Assembly: GCA_034226945.1 (NCBI GenBank)
Contig: CP120463.1
Coordinates: 868,001-932,000 of the forward strand
Reading direction: 5' to 3'
Length of the DNA stretch: 64,000 nt
From: Picochlorum sp. SENEW3
Lineage: Eukaryota
Shown: piece by piece, positions 30,714 to 43,964 of the stretch
How positions within the stretch are numbered: the first letter of the stretch is position 1
Layout of the letters: each line of letters starts with the position of its first letter
Notes under the pieces: generated by a model
What the model was told of the DNA's origin: nothing
Databases searched by the model: none
What the model saw: only the letters and a program-made list of their open reading frames with translations
Program-made: the position numbers and the translations under genes

Positions 30714-31710
30714 CTATTTCCACGATTCGTTTCTTCTTCTATATATTCGGCTGATTGATTGCATCAGCCAGTCTCTCCATACCAGGCCATAATAGAATGT
30801 CCAGCGAAATCCCTGGATGCAAGATTGCTGGCATGCCATGCCAATCTCTCTACATATTCTCCTCGAGTCGCCACCGTCTCCCCGCCAAAAATTCTTGAGA
30901 GAATACGCAATAGGCTTTTTCCCTCGATATCTGCACTCCGACGCAGACGCCCTGCTCGCTGCATGCACCATAATGACCACCACAGACACCATCATGGCAA
31001 GAAGCAGTATTGGCATGCATTTTGAGTACACCATCGCCATCCACGTCAACGCTGCTATCAAAATCGTCTTATTACTACTTCCACCGCCGAGGTCCGCTGA
31101 GCCAATCTCTTGCTGCTGCGTTCCGCGCGATGCTTGTAACGCTCTCTCATAATTGCTGTACATGTTGAACCCCAACACAGCAATCCCTACAATCGACCGC
31201 GGCCTCAGATACGTCATTAATACAAGTATGCATAGGAAAACCCTCATATAATTGCCAAAATAGTACACGAGATTCTCCTGTAACCAGGAAAAATGCGTCA
31301 GTAATTCAACCCATGCAACATACATACTCTTGATGCCAACGTACATCCACCCTCTCCGCTAGAAGATCCAAACTGGCAGGAATACTGAACGATCCTCCAC
31401 CACGTGGAACTTTATTACCCCTTCGACCTCCAAATTCACTCCACGACTTGGCATCCCGCTTCACATCTTCCAATCCCAGAAATTCTACAAATGGCCCCTT
31501 ATATCTCTGATATCGCTGACGAACCCCAGCATGCTCCTTTTTTGGTTTATCTTTATGATTTCTATCTGAAACAATCAGTTCTGCTGTCCGCATTCTCTCG
31601 AGAGTGGAAAGGCCTCGGACTGTGTCTGTGCCCTCCAGGGGAACGCTCGGAACCAGGGGATTCCTCTGCAGATTCCATGATGATGGTCTCTTCAACCACC
31701 CAAAATCCAT
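30714..31710 (-). CDS. PRA1 (prenylated Rab acceptor)-family membrane protein, two exons
   Basis: WSEF...FSIP...LAERVD|ENLVYYFGNY spliced across an intron at about 31341-31278; TM pairs; HAA.R motif. Confidence 0.7.
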
Positions 31711-32008
31711 GGTAATACCATAGCAGTAATAGGCTATTCGAATGTGGATTCATACGAACTAGATGCATGGCATACCCACAGAGTGAGATCTCTGAATTAA
31801 GAGATCGGATCTCTCGTAGGACATCCCACGATACTGTAATTAATTTTCATTCCGTTAGTCGACCAGTCAAAATAAAAATAAGCGATTCGAATAGTAGTAA
31901 TACGAACACGCCTGCATTACAATCTCTGCGGAAGGGAGGGAGGAAAAATTCAAGAAGAGGAAGAAGGCAACACGAATAATACTGGTCTGCGTTCAACAGA
32001 GACTGCAG

Positions 32009-32770
32009 GTGAGACTGCCCGGCAGTGCCACGCATAGAGTTCATAGGCGGGAATCACCGATATGCAACGCCAGGAGGAGGGTGGATGGACTTTTCACATC
32101 AGAGGGGAAGGGGAAGATGAGCACGAGAGAGGAGGAGGCCATGGTGTCTTCTGACAGGGAGAGGGAAGAGGAGGAGACAGAAAAGAAGAAGACGCCACGG
32201 CAAAAGAGAAAGCCCATGAGTGAAGAGACCAAGAGGAAAATTGCTGCGGCAAAGAGAGGGAAGCAGCAGACGGAGGAGACAAGGCAAAAGATTTCAGATG
32301 CCATGAAGCGCCGCACCTTGTCTATTGGCCATCGGTTCCACATTGCGGAATCCAAGAGGGGGAAATGCCATTCCCCGGAGACGAGAGAAAAGATTTCGAG
32401 GGCAGTGTCATCCACAAAGACAATGCTGAAGAAACAGAGGCTGGCAGAAAGGGCTGCCTCTGTTGCAGCAGCAGCCACTGCAGATCTGAGACCAGCATTC
32501 AAGGACTCGGCCATGCAAGAGGATGAGGATGAGCTCATCCTGGATATGATTGAGCTGGAAAAGGCAGTGATCGAGGTTACAATGCTACGAGATCAGTTGA
32601 CGATGTGGATGGAGGCGTATGAGAACAAGTATGGTAGAAAGCCAGATCTGACAGAGACATCAGAATCTCATCCCCATGTCTATGGAAGATTTGTAAGGTA
32701 TGTAGCCCTCCGGGAGATTGTTCGGCGGTCATCTATGAGGATTGGTTCATCCCCTGCTGTATGGAATTGA
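32009..32770 (+). CDS. NUMOD3-repeat protein (start uncertain)
   Basis: Repeats MSEETKRKIA, QTEETRQKISDAMK, HSPETREKISRA; C-terminal helical domain WMEAYENKYGRKP. Confidence 0.7.
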   Translation: MRLPGSATHRVHRRESPICNARRRVDGLFTSEGKGKMSTREEEAMVSSDREREEEETEKKKTPRQKRKPMSEETKRKIAAAKRGKQQTEETRQKISDAMKRRTLSIGHRFHIAESKRGKCHSPETREKISRAVSSTKTMLKKQRLAERAASVAAAATADLRPAFKDSAMQEDEDELILDMIELEKAVIEVTMLRDQLTMWMEAYENKYGRKPDLTETSESHPHVYGRFVRYVALREIVRRSSMRIGSSPAVWN

Positions 32771-32825
32771 TTTCAAAATCAATTCCGTACAATACTTGTT
32801 TGTAAACGTTGTAAACGACGTGGTC

Positions 32826-33756
32826 ATGGGTACGAGTGTATCGGATTGGAGTCAGGCTGAGGTTGCTTCGTTTCTTGAGGATATTGGGCTCGGACACTTG
32901 GCACCCAAATTTAAAGACAATGGGGTGAATGGAAAGGATTTATTAGAACTCGAAGATGAGGATTACAGAGAGAGTTTGGGTTGCTCGAATCTGCAGGTAC
33001 GATTGTCGACACGGCGAATTGATTGATTACATGTCGCCTGGAATACCAGACAACGTATTGATACCTGTATTCTCCACAACATAGATTAAGAAGATTAAGA
33101 GGGAACTTGAATCTCGTTCCTCTGGGGCAGTGACCAAGCCACACGTTACGCCCAGTGCTACGGTAGAGCAGGAGACGAAGACTCCACCGACCGACGATCT
33201 TTCGGCGCTGCGAGAGAAGCTTGCAACAGCGGAATCTGCTGCTGAAAAGTATTCGGGAGCATCGGCGCTCCTTGAATCTGCCTGCAAGAAGATGCAGTCT
33301 GCTGCAGGTGCCCTGACAATCACCCAAGCATCGGGGGGACTTGAAATGATGCAGGACATACGCCGTCCCGGGCGAGGACGAGGGTTTCGTGGAAGAAGAG
33401 GAGATTTTGGACATACGATGATTGAAATGGGAACTGTCAGGAAAGCTCAAGGAGCCCTCAAAGAAGCTGGAGCAGATATCCAGAGGGCTATGCAGCTGGT
33501 GCCAACAATTCCACATATCAAGCCTGCGACAGTGCAGGGAGCCATGTCGGGAGTGGTATTGAATGCTCTGCTCATGCCTGGGATTGCAGGGGATATGATG
33601 CAACAGGCCAAAGTCAAACGGGCCAAGGATGAGATCACAACGATGGCCAATGAGTGCCGTCAAGCACAGGAATGGTGCAAAAAATCGCACATGGCTGCCC
33701 ATACTGAAGCTACCGAGGTCAAAACCACCCTTCGTCTGAAAGAAATAAATGTTTAG
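32826..33756 (+). CDS. SAM-domain protein with coiled-coil C-terminus
   Basis: Exon 1 32826-32996 (WSQAEVASFLEDIGL...VNGKDLLEL), intron 32997-33084, exon 2 in frame with the 33130 ORF. Confidence 0.75.
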
Positions 33757-33792
33757 TTGTACTATGTAAAGGGTTCAGATGGACTGAGACGG

Positions 33793-35523
33793 ATGAACTC
33801 GTTGCGTGCCACAGTCCTCTGCTCGATTTTTTTATTCCAATACGGGGCATCTCTGCGGCCTCCTGATCGCCAAGAAGGACTATCGTCAATAGATATTCAA
33901 GGGGAAGGTCCGAAATGCTTGGAGGTTCCTGCGGGGGCAAACCTGACGGAAGACGAAAAGGCAGTGGTTGCTCGGCACCTGTGTTTGCCAGTAGACGTGT
34001 CGGTTCCGGGGCCGAGCCATGGGAATACTCGAGACACAAGGAGGGGTATTCCGTCCAATGTGCAGTGTGAGGAAGAAGAGTGGTGTGATGACACGGCATG
34101 CTCTACGGTTTGTAAGAGAGGCTCTGTTCAGGTGGCTGAGTGGCTGAGGGAGGCCCACAGGTTGCAGCATAGGCTGTCCGCCTCTCTTCCATTGTGCTAT
34201 TCATCTTGGTTTGGAACTCATAACAGTGCCATTACATTGGCGGATGGATACGGGAACCTAGACCCTTTGTATGAATCTATGTTTGATTACGTGAAATGGC
34301 TGGCTCCCATTGGGTCATCCTCTGTGCTGAGGACCAATGACCAATATTTTAGCATTACAGATCAATTAAATATGGGAGTTCGGATGATAGAAATAGACAC
34401 ACATTGGGTGGAAGGCTGTCTCCGAGTGGCTCATTGTGGAGGACTGCATGTGGAGGCACTGAACAAGCTTGTCAAAGTTTTGAACGTGGCAGCAAAAGTG
34501 CTGGGGTACGATATACGATGGGATACAGAGACGGTGGGGTGCGATCCTTCACTGTCATCGATTCCTGCTCAGGATCAGAGACCCCTTGTGGAGGCTCTGA
34601 AGGAGATTCAAGAGTGGATGGAATTGGAATCAAACAAGGATCAATTTCTCATTGTATATTTCGATGACGAGCCGGACTTGAAAGCATGGGTATGTCTTTG
34701 GTCTTGAACATTGCATTTATTTTGATTGATATTGACGTGTATGATACGGTTGCAGGGTGTGGTGCCAAGGCTCTTGCAAGATATTTTGGATGTCTTCCCC
34801 CGCCAGGACATATTTACTCCTGGCGACTTTGCTGAATACAACGAGTGGCCATCCGTTGCTACCTTACTTGAGCAAGGTTTTCGGATATTCTTTGTATCCT
34901 CAACAAACTATGGGGAAGCCATGAGATCTTTAATCTTTCCAAGGGGGCGCGATGTCTGCAATTGGTTTGAGCCAAGCCTGAAAAGGATTCATGGGCCCCC
35001 AGAATGCATAATACACAGCCGTAAAGGTGATATAGCCTTTCAAACGGGGTCTTTGATCCGCTCACCATCATGTGAGATTCAATACGGTCCATTGAATTGT
35101 GACTTTGTATGGAAAAATAGAAATTCCCCTATTTTGGATGAAGTCATATTGCCGCAGGTTGTGGAATGCGGTTTGAATATACCATGCCCTGATTTACTCA
35201 CTCCCGAACGTGCTGCATCAGCAGTGTGGACATGGGCTCCAGGGCAGCCAGGTGATGGTGCGTGTACATATGTTGCATCATCAGATGGGAGGTGGCGCTC
35301 AATCGGTTGCGAGGAGGCGGGAAGCATGCCCCTCGCATGCCGCGCAGGCTTCACACGTGGTAATAACCAGACTGTCTGGATCTTAGGAACTGGTGATGCC
35401 AATGCATGTCCAAGTGGGACTACATTTGACCTCCCCAGGCACCCAAAAGAAAATTTTGACCTGAAAAGGTTGCTGGAAGAATCTTCCTGGCACCGAGCGC
35501 TGATAAACTTAAAAGCAATTTGA
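33793..35523 (+). CDS. PI-PLC-like phosphodiesterase, secreted
   Basis: Signal peptide, FGTHNSA, DQYFSITDQLNMGVRMIEIDTH, HCG; intron about 34690-34755; C-terminal WTW..GQP..C....DGRW module. Confidence 0.75.
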
Positions 35524-35546
35524 ACACTCTATGTATATGATATATA

Positions 35547-36443
35547 CTATGAAAAGTCCATCTCTCCTGTCAGTTTTTTGAATAAATAGTCTCGTCCATT
35601 AATACTGGCCACGCAGCCCTTCAGATTAACCTTCCACTTATTCTTGCTTCGATGAACCCTCTCGAATTGACCAAAAACCATATTCTTTACTTTTGATTCG
35701 TCAACCTTGTTTAGACTATCTGCATCTGCCAAATCGTCCTGCACACCAAGAGCTTCAATCTCGCTGTCGTCTAGGTCAGAGCCAAGTGCCTCTTCGTCAT
35801 CATCCTCGTCTTCCTCGGGACCGTCCCTCTGAGGAATCACATGTGTCATCTGCTGCTTCTCTGGACGCCCTTCAGTTGGTCCTTCTTCCATCACACGCTT
35901 GTTTCCTGTCAAGGAAGGACCAGACTCTCCCTGGCTAGAAGCGCCATTCGCTGCGCTTGGAGCTGGTAGCGACACCTTGCCCACAGGCTCCCCCAAACCA
36001 CCAGAAATTGATTCTCTGCGTTGTAAATGGGTAACCAGTTGAGATCCTCGTCAACAAAAGCAATAGCAACACGAGATTTGTTCGAACGATAGGCTCAGTG
36101 CAAAAGTCACACCTTTGATTGGCTGCCTGCTCCTTTTCTCCTCCCTCTTCGACCTTAACTTCTGTATTTTTGCTAGGATCCCCAAAAGCTCCAGATTTCG
36201 CAACGTTGAGTTCCCATAAAGCTCTCAGTTGAATCAGGACATCTCTGGAATGAAAAAACGCGCCGTGAAAGGCATTCCAAGGCGCTGCATAAGAAATGAC
36301 TCATTGAATATGTATTTCACGTACTCAGATATACCCCGTTCCACGAACTCTGACTTCATCCTGGCGCAGGTGTTGTCAATGACCTTCTGGTACAGGTCCT
36401 TTGTTTTGGAGTATACCTTTCGTTTTGCTTTAGCTTCTGACAT
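35547..36443 (-). CDS. Transcription initiation factor TFIIA large subunit (multi-exon)
   Basis: N-terminal LYQKVIDNTCARMKSEFVERG; C-terminal PQRDG..DDEEALGSDLDD, MVFGQFERVHRSKNKWKVNLK, GEMDF. Confidence 0.8.
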
Positions 36444-36480
36444 TGTAAAATATGACAGAAATTACAAATAAATAAACATC

Positions 36481-38298
36481 TCAGTCTGCGAAAGGGTTTT
36501 GTGACTTTGGCGGCATGGGATTGGTGGAGGACACGGACGCAGTACTCTCCTTTCTGCTGACCGGCATGGTAAAAGCCTTACCGTACATTTCACCCGCAGC
36601 GCCCAGCACGAACGCATCTGGGATGGGATTTGTTGATGAGTGTTGGCTGAGTACTCGTTCTTCAACAGGTTGTGGGTCTTTGTTCTCTACATCCGATACG
36701 TGCAATGAGGAGAAGTCCAATTCACTCAAGAGATCCAGGGGTGACGATTCCTTTGCTGCTTCCTCTTGAGGAGGAATATGATCATCCACAATTTTCTCCC
36801 TCTCAGGCTCGAACTCCCCTATATCTAACAGATCGATGGGCTTCTCCGGTTTCGCTTCGGCCTCGTCCCTCACAGGTGGCAATGCTTCAGCCGTCTCCTG
36901 TGGCTCGCTGACAGCAGATATCTGCCTTGACAACGGAGCAATAATCATCCCTGGATCCATCGATCCTATTGCTGTACCAATATCAGGAGGGCTAAAGTTT
37001 AGCTTCCACTCTTTACCACGTCTGAGAGGCTGATTCGCCTGCAAAAATCAGATTCAACATGAAAAAAAATACTCTCCCAGCCATAGACAGTCACCCACAC
37101 CCACACACCTGCTTGTTCTGAATACCACTTTCTTTTTTCAACTGCTCCAAATGCTCGCTCATTGAATCCAGAAAATCTGTCGGAGGCACCTCAATTTTCG
37201 GAAATTCAATGACCCTTTTCACGGCATCCAACTGCTGCAAAGAGGCATAGTATTTTTGCAAATCATCACCCTCCTGCAGAGCTTTGCTGTACACTTCTCT
37301 GGCTTGCGCTCCACAGTAATATTCCATTTGAAAGAATTTGTCTGCCAGGTTAATGACGCCTTCACTGATTGCCTTGTAGATCTTGAAGGAGTCCCGCACA
37401 ACCAAGGAAAGGGCAAACAGTGTATTGTCATTCTGACAGGCACTCCCAGTTGGCTTGCAGTCCACCAATCTCCTCTGCAGTCGTTGAATCCGTGGAAGAT
37501 ATTCCAAGAGTTTGTCGCTCGGCAAACTTCTAAAAGTTGACTCTTTCCCAGACTTTTCCACATCAGCGTACCACCCACTCTGGTAGTATGCATCCAAACT
37601 TTCATCAATAAATTTGCAGTATGCTCGAACCCATTCAGAGAAGTCGTACTTGCCCTCGACCGCTTTTGTGTCTAAAAATCCATCCATATTCAATGGATGC
37701 ACCCGCCGTCTCTTCTGTTTCCCTGATGATGCCGAGCCCTGCTGCTGCTGGGGCTGCCTCTCCCCTCCATTCACCATACATAATTCGTCCATAAACTGCG
37801 TGCCCTCCGTCTCTTTCATCAAGCGATGGATCACCAAGGAGGCCTTCAATGCAGTCTGCATGCATGACATTCATCGTCGCGTCAAAGAAAGACCTATTTC
37901 AATGAGAGAGAAGAAACAACATACCACCCAGTCCTTGGCCCCATGAAGGCGCTTCAACAAAGAGAAAACAACATACCCACCCTGGGAGGGGACTGCCATT
38001 TTCAACGCTGCATCAACCATGTAGTAGTCAGGAAATGACATGCACCAACAAATAATACTGACAGGGACGTACCAACAACATGCTTTTCTTTGGGTGGGTC
38101 TTCTGGCAAATGCCCACGGGTTGCCTTCTGTACAGCGACATCAATATCCTGCAAACACAGTCAGTACATTTCATCCAGTATGGCCATATCTGATGAGAGG
38201 ATTGGCATCCCTGCCAGCATCGGAACAAAGAGATGACGCACTTTTGTAGTTATACCCACCCCCACTGAAGCCTTGCCCTTCTTCCCGAGAAGACCCAT
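36481..38298 (-). CDS. ANTH-domain clathrin assembly protein (multi-exon)
   Basis: TALKASLVIHRLMKE, DFSEWVRAYCKFIDE, LVVRDSFKIYKAISEGVINLADKFF; DLL motifs and terminal NPF; start approximate. Confidence 0.8.
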
Positions 38299-38547
38299 CT
38301 TGGCGATGCTCCTCTGGAATCAAACAGAATTAATACTAGTTACAGAGTACTTGCCATGGTGCCTGGGACCTTGTATGGAAACAGAACCGTGTCTTCAGAA
38401 CAATCAAGTCTGTCCTCCTATTGGGATCCACGTTTGATGGGAAACGCCCAACCAATTTCATTGTCCGATCGTAAGAGTCCCATTCTTTGTGTTTCCTGAT
38501 ACCTACGTCCGTAACAGTATTTTAATCTCATCAAAAACATTGTAAAG

Positions 38548-39506
38548 ATGAGTAGGATTGCAGCTGATGAGGGTCGCCTTGTTTACGTGGGTAATTTGCC
38601 AGAAGACGTAAGAGAGCGAGATTTGGGGGACCTGTTCGAGAAGTATGGGAAGATTGTCCATATTGAGATCAAAATTCCTGCTAGACCACCGAACTTTGCC
38701 TTTATTGAGTACGACGATTGGAGGTACGTGCTTATGAGCCCTGATGATTGGTGCTGATGAGCAGCCGCACAGAGATGAACCCCAGCACGCTATTGATTGG
38801 ATGAAAAGGTACTGAAACGATCCTAAATTAATTTATTCCATTTTTCAGGGATGCTGAGGATGCCGTTCGGGGCAGGGATGGACGCGAGCTTTTGGGTGCA
38901 CGCATGAGGGTCGAAATTGCCCGTGGTCGCGACAGGAGGGAACGGGATAGGTTCCAGGACAGGAGAGCTCCACCTCCTACGACAGGATTTAGAGTGGTTG
39001 TTCGTGGTCTTCCTGCGAATGTGTCTTGGCAAGACCTGAAGGATTACTTTAGAAAGGCAGCACCACCTGTGTACACTGATGTGAAGAGGTCCAGAGACGG
39101 ACCGCTTGGCATTGTTGAGTTTGAGACTGGTGGAGATATGGACAGGGCGATCCGGGACCTGGATGGATCTGAATTTAGAAATCCGTTTGGGTCTGGAGTT
39201 ATCAAGGTGATGGAGGATAAGCTTGGCCCACCACAGCGGGGCAGAGGTCCACCTCCCAGGGGACGCTTTAGATCACGCTCTCCCCCACGGAGAAGACCAC
39301 GTTCATACTCGCCAAGAGGAAGGCGTGGGGACTCGAGGTCGCCTTCGCCGCGGGGAAGACCTGACTCGAGATCCGTCTCACCAAGGAGATCACCTTCACC
39401 AAGGAGGTCGCGATCTCCAAGAGGAAGATCAAGGAGTGTGAGCAGGAGTCCACCCCGAGACTATAGTCCTCGGGCTGATGACAGGTACGAGGGACGGGAG
39501 GATTAG
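38548..39506 (+). CDS. Serine/arginine-rich splicing factor (SR30/SR34/SRSF1 type)
   Basis: RRM1 VYVGNLP...FAFIEY, one intron, pseudo-RRM SWQDLKD, RS-rich tail. Confidence 0.92.
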
Positions 39507-39794
39507 GCTGCGAGCAGCCTGATACATCGTTTCCTCAGAGGGGGGTGGACTGACACTTGACAATGGCCCGAGATATTGGGCTTGACCGGGGCTACATGTT
39601 GCTATTGATTGTTTGCTGTAATAGTGTTTGATCTTGAGCTGTTGCTGCTGGAGCATCCTACCAAGCTTGACTTTGGATGGCGGAGCATGCAGTTTTCCTT
39701 TGTAACGATGAATTTCTGATCAGTGCTTCATGAACTGAGTATTCTAGGAATAAAGAATAAATATGCGATGAACGAATCATGAAGAATGATGGCG

Positions 39795-40911
39795 CTAATT
39801 TTGCCGATTGTCCTGTGTGATGTCGACAGACCATTGCCAAAGCCAGGAGACGAGAGCATCATCATGGATGGATGGGTGTGGGGTCCCTGGTTCACAATTG
39901 GAGTCGATATAGCATACGTGAGCGTATTCTTTTGTAGCAAAATTTGAGCTGGTAGCGCAGTACACAGTCGATCTTGCACCTGCGTGATGAAACAAATCAA
40001 TGAATGAATCCTGAACATATGTAGTGTACTGAACCTGATCACCTACCTTGGGCTGGTGTTAGTAAAAATAAACGCATAATCATTCTATATAAATGTTGCA
40101 TAAAAAGCGGCAAGCTGCGAACGACATCGGTGAGCACCTCCCCTGGATGAACACTCATACAATGCACAATCCCTGCATGCTTCCTGTTGCACTCCTTTGA
40201 GAACATAACTTGCGCCAGTTTACTCTGAGAATAGGCCACTAGAGAGTTATAACTACCCTTTAATTTCAAATTTGGATCATCTGTGTGGATTTTACCCATT
40301 CGATGCAACTTTGAGGACACGTTGATTATCCTCGCAGGCGCACCAGACTGTTGCTGAGCCTTTGCCATCCACGGCATCATCAACTCAGTCAGCAGGAAAT
40401 GCCCCACGAAATTCGTGCCCATATGAGATTCTAACCCATCTTTTGTCTCTGTTCGAGGAGCTGACATTGCGAACACTCCTGCATTGTTGATCAAAACATG
40501 CACAGGCATCTTGACCTTGCGTCCCCATGTCCCTGCAAATTCTCTCACCGACTGCAACGATGAAACATCGAGCTGCATTACCTGCACCTCCCCTCTATGA
40601 GTATTTTCAAACCTTGTCCTCATTTCATCGGCCAACTGCCTGCCTTTTTTCTCATTTCTGCATGCCAGAACCACATGCCAGCCTCTGCGATACATTTCCT
40701 GAGCAGTCTCCCTGCCAATGCCACTCGTTGGGCCTGTTACAATACAATATCGATCCTCTGATATCTCATCATTGTTTCCTTCCTGTCCAATATGCTCGAG
40801 AGACGGCAGACCCATCATGCACACCTTTTGAAAAAGCACTTCGACTGCAACCACCACCGTCTCCCACAACACCAGCCACCAGGTGCCATGGCACCGATGC
40901 TCCTCACTCAT
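39795..40911 (-). CDS. Short-chain dehydrogenase/reductase (retinol dehydrogenase-like)
   Basis: IVTGPTSGIG, LINNAG, INVSS, YSQSK, VHPGEV; last exon GARSTVYCAT...WLWQWS after an intron near 40047-39981. Confidence 0.88.
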
Positions 40912-41162
40912 AATACCTTACTATAATGCGTCGAAGAGACCATCCACCGCAAATATGGTGAAATCGCTGCGTCGCCACCGGGGAATTCGTCACACACTGT
41001 CGAAGCACCCGTACGACCGGTAATCGCTCATCCACGAGAGAAATCCTATCGAGATGGCTCAATTCCCTAATACGGAGAGAATCTCTCGACATCCGGCATA
41101 AAACTTTCTCTTAAACACCACTGTATTCAATTGGTAAAGATCAACATTTACACATAGTTAAG

Positions 41163-42202
41163 ATGCAGACTGCTTTGACTCAGAAATCCTGCGTATCTGG
41201 TGTGGCTGTGTCCACCAAGGCGAGAAACGCACCATCAGCCCGCAGAGCGGCAGTGATGGTCCGTGCCTCTGCCGATGAGGTATGTACCATATCATAGCAA
41301 CATTTATTTTTATGTTTGAATCCACACTTTCCAGTGGGCCTTGCGGGAGACTGGGGGATCACGCAGCAACATCTTTCCAAGTCTAGTGATGGATAAGGTG
41401 GATTGCAACGGAGATTGGAGGAGGCGCCTTTTCTCTGTCGGAAGTGAACTGCGTCTTCCTGCCGCCCATAAGCCCAGCAGTACCTCATTAAGGCTCCTAC
41501 TGACGGAAGGATTCGATGAAAACCTGTTCTTGGATGCTGACGTGTTGATGTGTTGTCCAGGTTGACCGTCGTGCCACCCTCGGAATGATGGCTGCCGCTG
41601 CCACTCTTGCTGGAGCAGCCCCATCCAAGGCCGAGTATGGTGACGCTGCAAGAGTTTTCGCATCCAAGATCACCAATAAGTCTGGTTTCATTCCATATGC
41701 CGGTGAGGGATTCGCCTTGTTGCTCCCATCAAAGTGGAACCCATCCACTGAGAACGATTTCCCAGGAACCGTCCTCAGATACGAAGACAATGGTGATGCC
41801 GTGAACAACGTCGTCGTCCTTCAGCAGAAGGTCGGAAAGGGTTCCATTGAGGATCTGGGTTCCCCAGACAAGTTCCTCCAGGACAATGCATATCTCTTGG
41901 GACAGAGTGCTGCCTTCACTGGAGACACAGTTTCTGAGGGAGGATTCAGGAGGGGATCCGTTGCAGCTGCCTCTGTTCTCGATGTTGAGGAGGCTACTGA
42001 CAAGAATGGAAAGAAATACTACAAATACTACGTCCTCTGCAGAACTGCAGATGGTGATGAGGGAGGTCGCCACCAGTTGATTGCTGCCACCGTGTCCAAG
42101 GGAGACTTGTGGTTGTGCAAGGTTCAGGTTGGAGACAAGCGTTGGTTCAAGGGAGCCAAGAACGATGCCCTCGGATGCTTCAACTCTTTCACCGTCGCCT
42201 AA
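41163..42202 (+). CDS. PSBP: Photosystem II oxygen-evolving enhancer protein 2
   Basis: Exon 1 41163-41279 (transit peptide), intron 41280-41560, twin-Arg VDRRA signal, YGDAARVF, PSKWNPS, ADGDEGGRHQL, GDKRWFKGA. Confidence 0.95.
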
Positions 42203-42314
42203 GCACAGTGAAAGCCATAGACTGGTCCCGGGATGGGTCTGGTACACTGCCTGAATCTCGAATCATGAATACAATTTACAATGGTGTAAAATGATGTTAG
42301 TTCTCGCATGTGTT

Positions 42315-43718
42315 TCACTTTTGACCAGATGAATCAGTAGCTGCGCGGATCACAACCATGCTGGGCCGTGCTGTGTACAGAGCCTCCACAGCATCTGCAA
42401 CCTTGTGCCCTTCAACATCCGGGTTGGCTGCAATCACGAGGGTTTGGAGGCAAGAAAATACTGATATTCCATGAGGACTTGCCAATCGAGAGAGGAGTGT
42501 GACCATACAATCCTCTGGAATATTATTGCCAGAGATGTCCAAATCCCTGAGGGGGTGAGCACCCTCTGCATGCACCTCCAGGGCACGTATCAAGGATTCT
42601 ATGCCACGTGTCCCTAAATTACATCCATGAAGCCTCAGAGAGAGTACACGATGACAGGTGAGAACGTATGAGAAAATTTCATCGTGCCCCAACCCTATAT
42701 TCTCACCAGCATCCAACTCCAAACCTTTTCCATCTGGCAGATGTGAGGCAGCTTCTAACAATGTAGACATGCTCTGTGCCGTCAAGCCGCAACCCGAAAT
42801 ATTGATATATCGTATATGGGGTAACTTTTGGGACCTCAAGCATGCAGCCAAAGAACAAATCCCAGCATCTTGGGCATCTGTATGGCTAATATCAATACTC
42901 TGTATTCCTGCTGGTAGGGCCTCAACGAGAGATGAAACCCCCTCTGGACCAAGAGGATTTGAGCTTAGTGATATTTTCTCCAGAAGAGTGCAGTGAGAAA
43001 GCCCCTCAGCAAGCAAAATTGCGCTGCTGGCATCCAACATGTTGTGATCTAGCTCCACTCTCTTCAACGCAGATGCATTCCTCATGGCGACAGACAACGC
43101 GGTCGATGATCCTGCACATCCTATACCACACGAATGAGACACAAAACTCTCCAAACCTGACACACACGGAAGAACATCCTCCAGCCCTCCTTGCAAATCA
43201 TTATGGGAAAGCATCAGGTGCCTGACAGATGTATTCTTCTCCACAGCCCTACATACAGCAGCAGCAGAGCTGCGAGTCAACCCTTTCCTCTCTAAATCTA
43301 TTGTCGTGATACTCGTATTCTCCTCGAAACACCTGCATAATTCAACCATGGCCTGCAACACATCATCGCAAGGAGTCCATTGTGTGAGACAGCACCTCCA
43401 GGAAGCAGTCCTTCAGTCCTCCACCAAAATACCACGCACCTCGTCTCCAAATGTCGAATTCCCTATTGAAATGAACCTGATGCTCTGGTTTGACTTCAAC
43501 CCCGCCCCGAGGATACCAGCTACCCGCGGACTAATAGCATGACTGCTCAGGTTGAGTTCAACAAGCGTCTCTGACCGCGACAGGGCATCAGCCAGCCTTC
43601 CCGCATCCTCCTCATTGAACCGACGGTGCCTCATCAGATACAAGGATGTCAAAGTAGCATCGTTCTGAGATATTCGTCTGACAATATCGTCAATCCCCTG
43701 AGACTGGGCCCCCCACAT
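42315..43718 (-). CDS. Leucine-rich repeat protein (RNI-like)
   Basis: Repeated LxxLxLxxNxL units across two exons. Confidence 0.8.
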
Positions 43719-43964
43719 GCTTCCCACCAAACACCGGATGCTATGCCTCGATGAATAAATAAATACAAATGTAGTACATCAACCATGCATGCAGATCAAA
43801 AAAGGTACCATTCCAGATCGACCTGGTGGTCATCAACGTGGTGAATTCCCTTAGTTGATGAAGGCAATCATCCATCCTGGGAGGACGAGATCTTTATCAG
43901 AAGATACAAGCCACTGGCATGACCTATCCCATTCGCAATTCCCATATAAAACTTTAGTAGCACC

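Noticed and set aside
41729..42247. Long antisense ORFs (for example opposite PsbP, and 6712-7581)
   Set aside because: Shadow frames of well-supported genes on the other strand.
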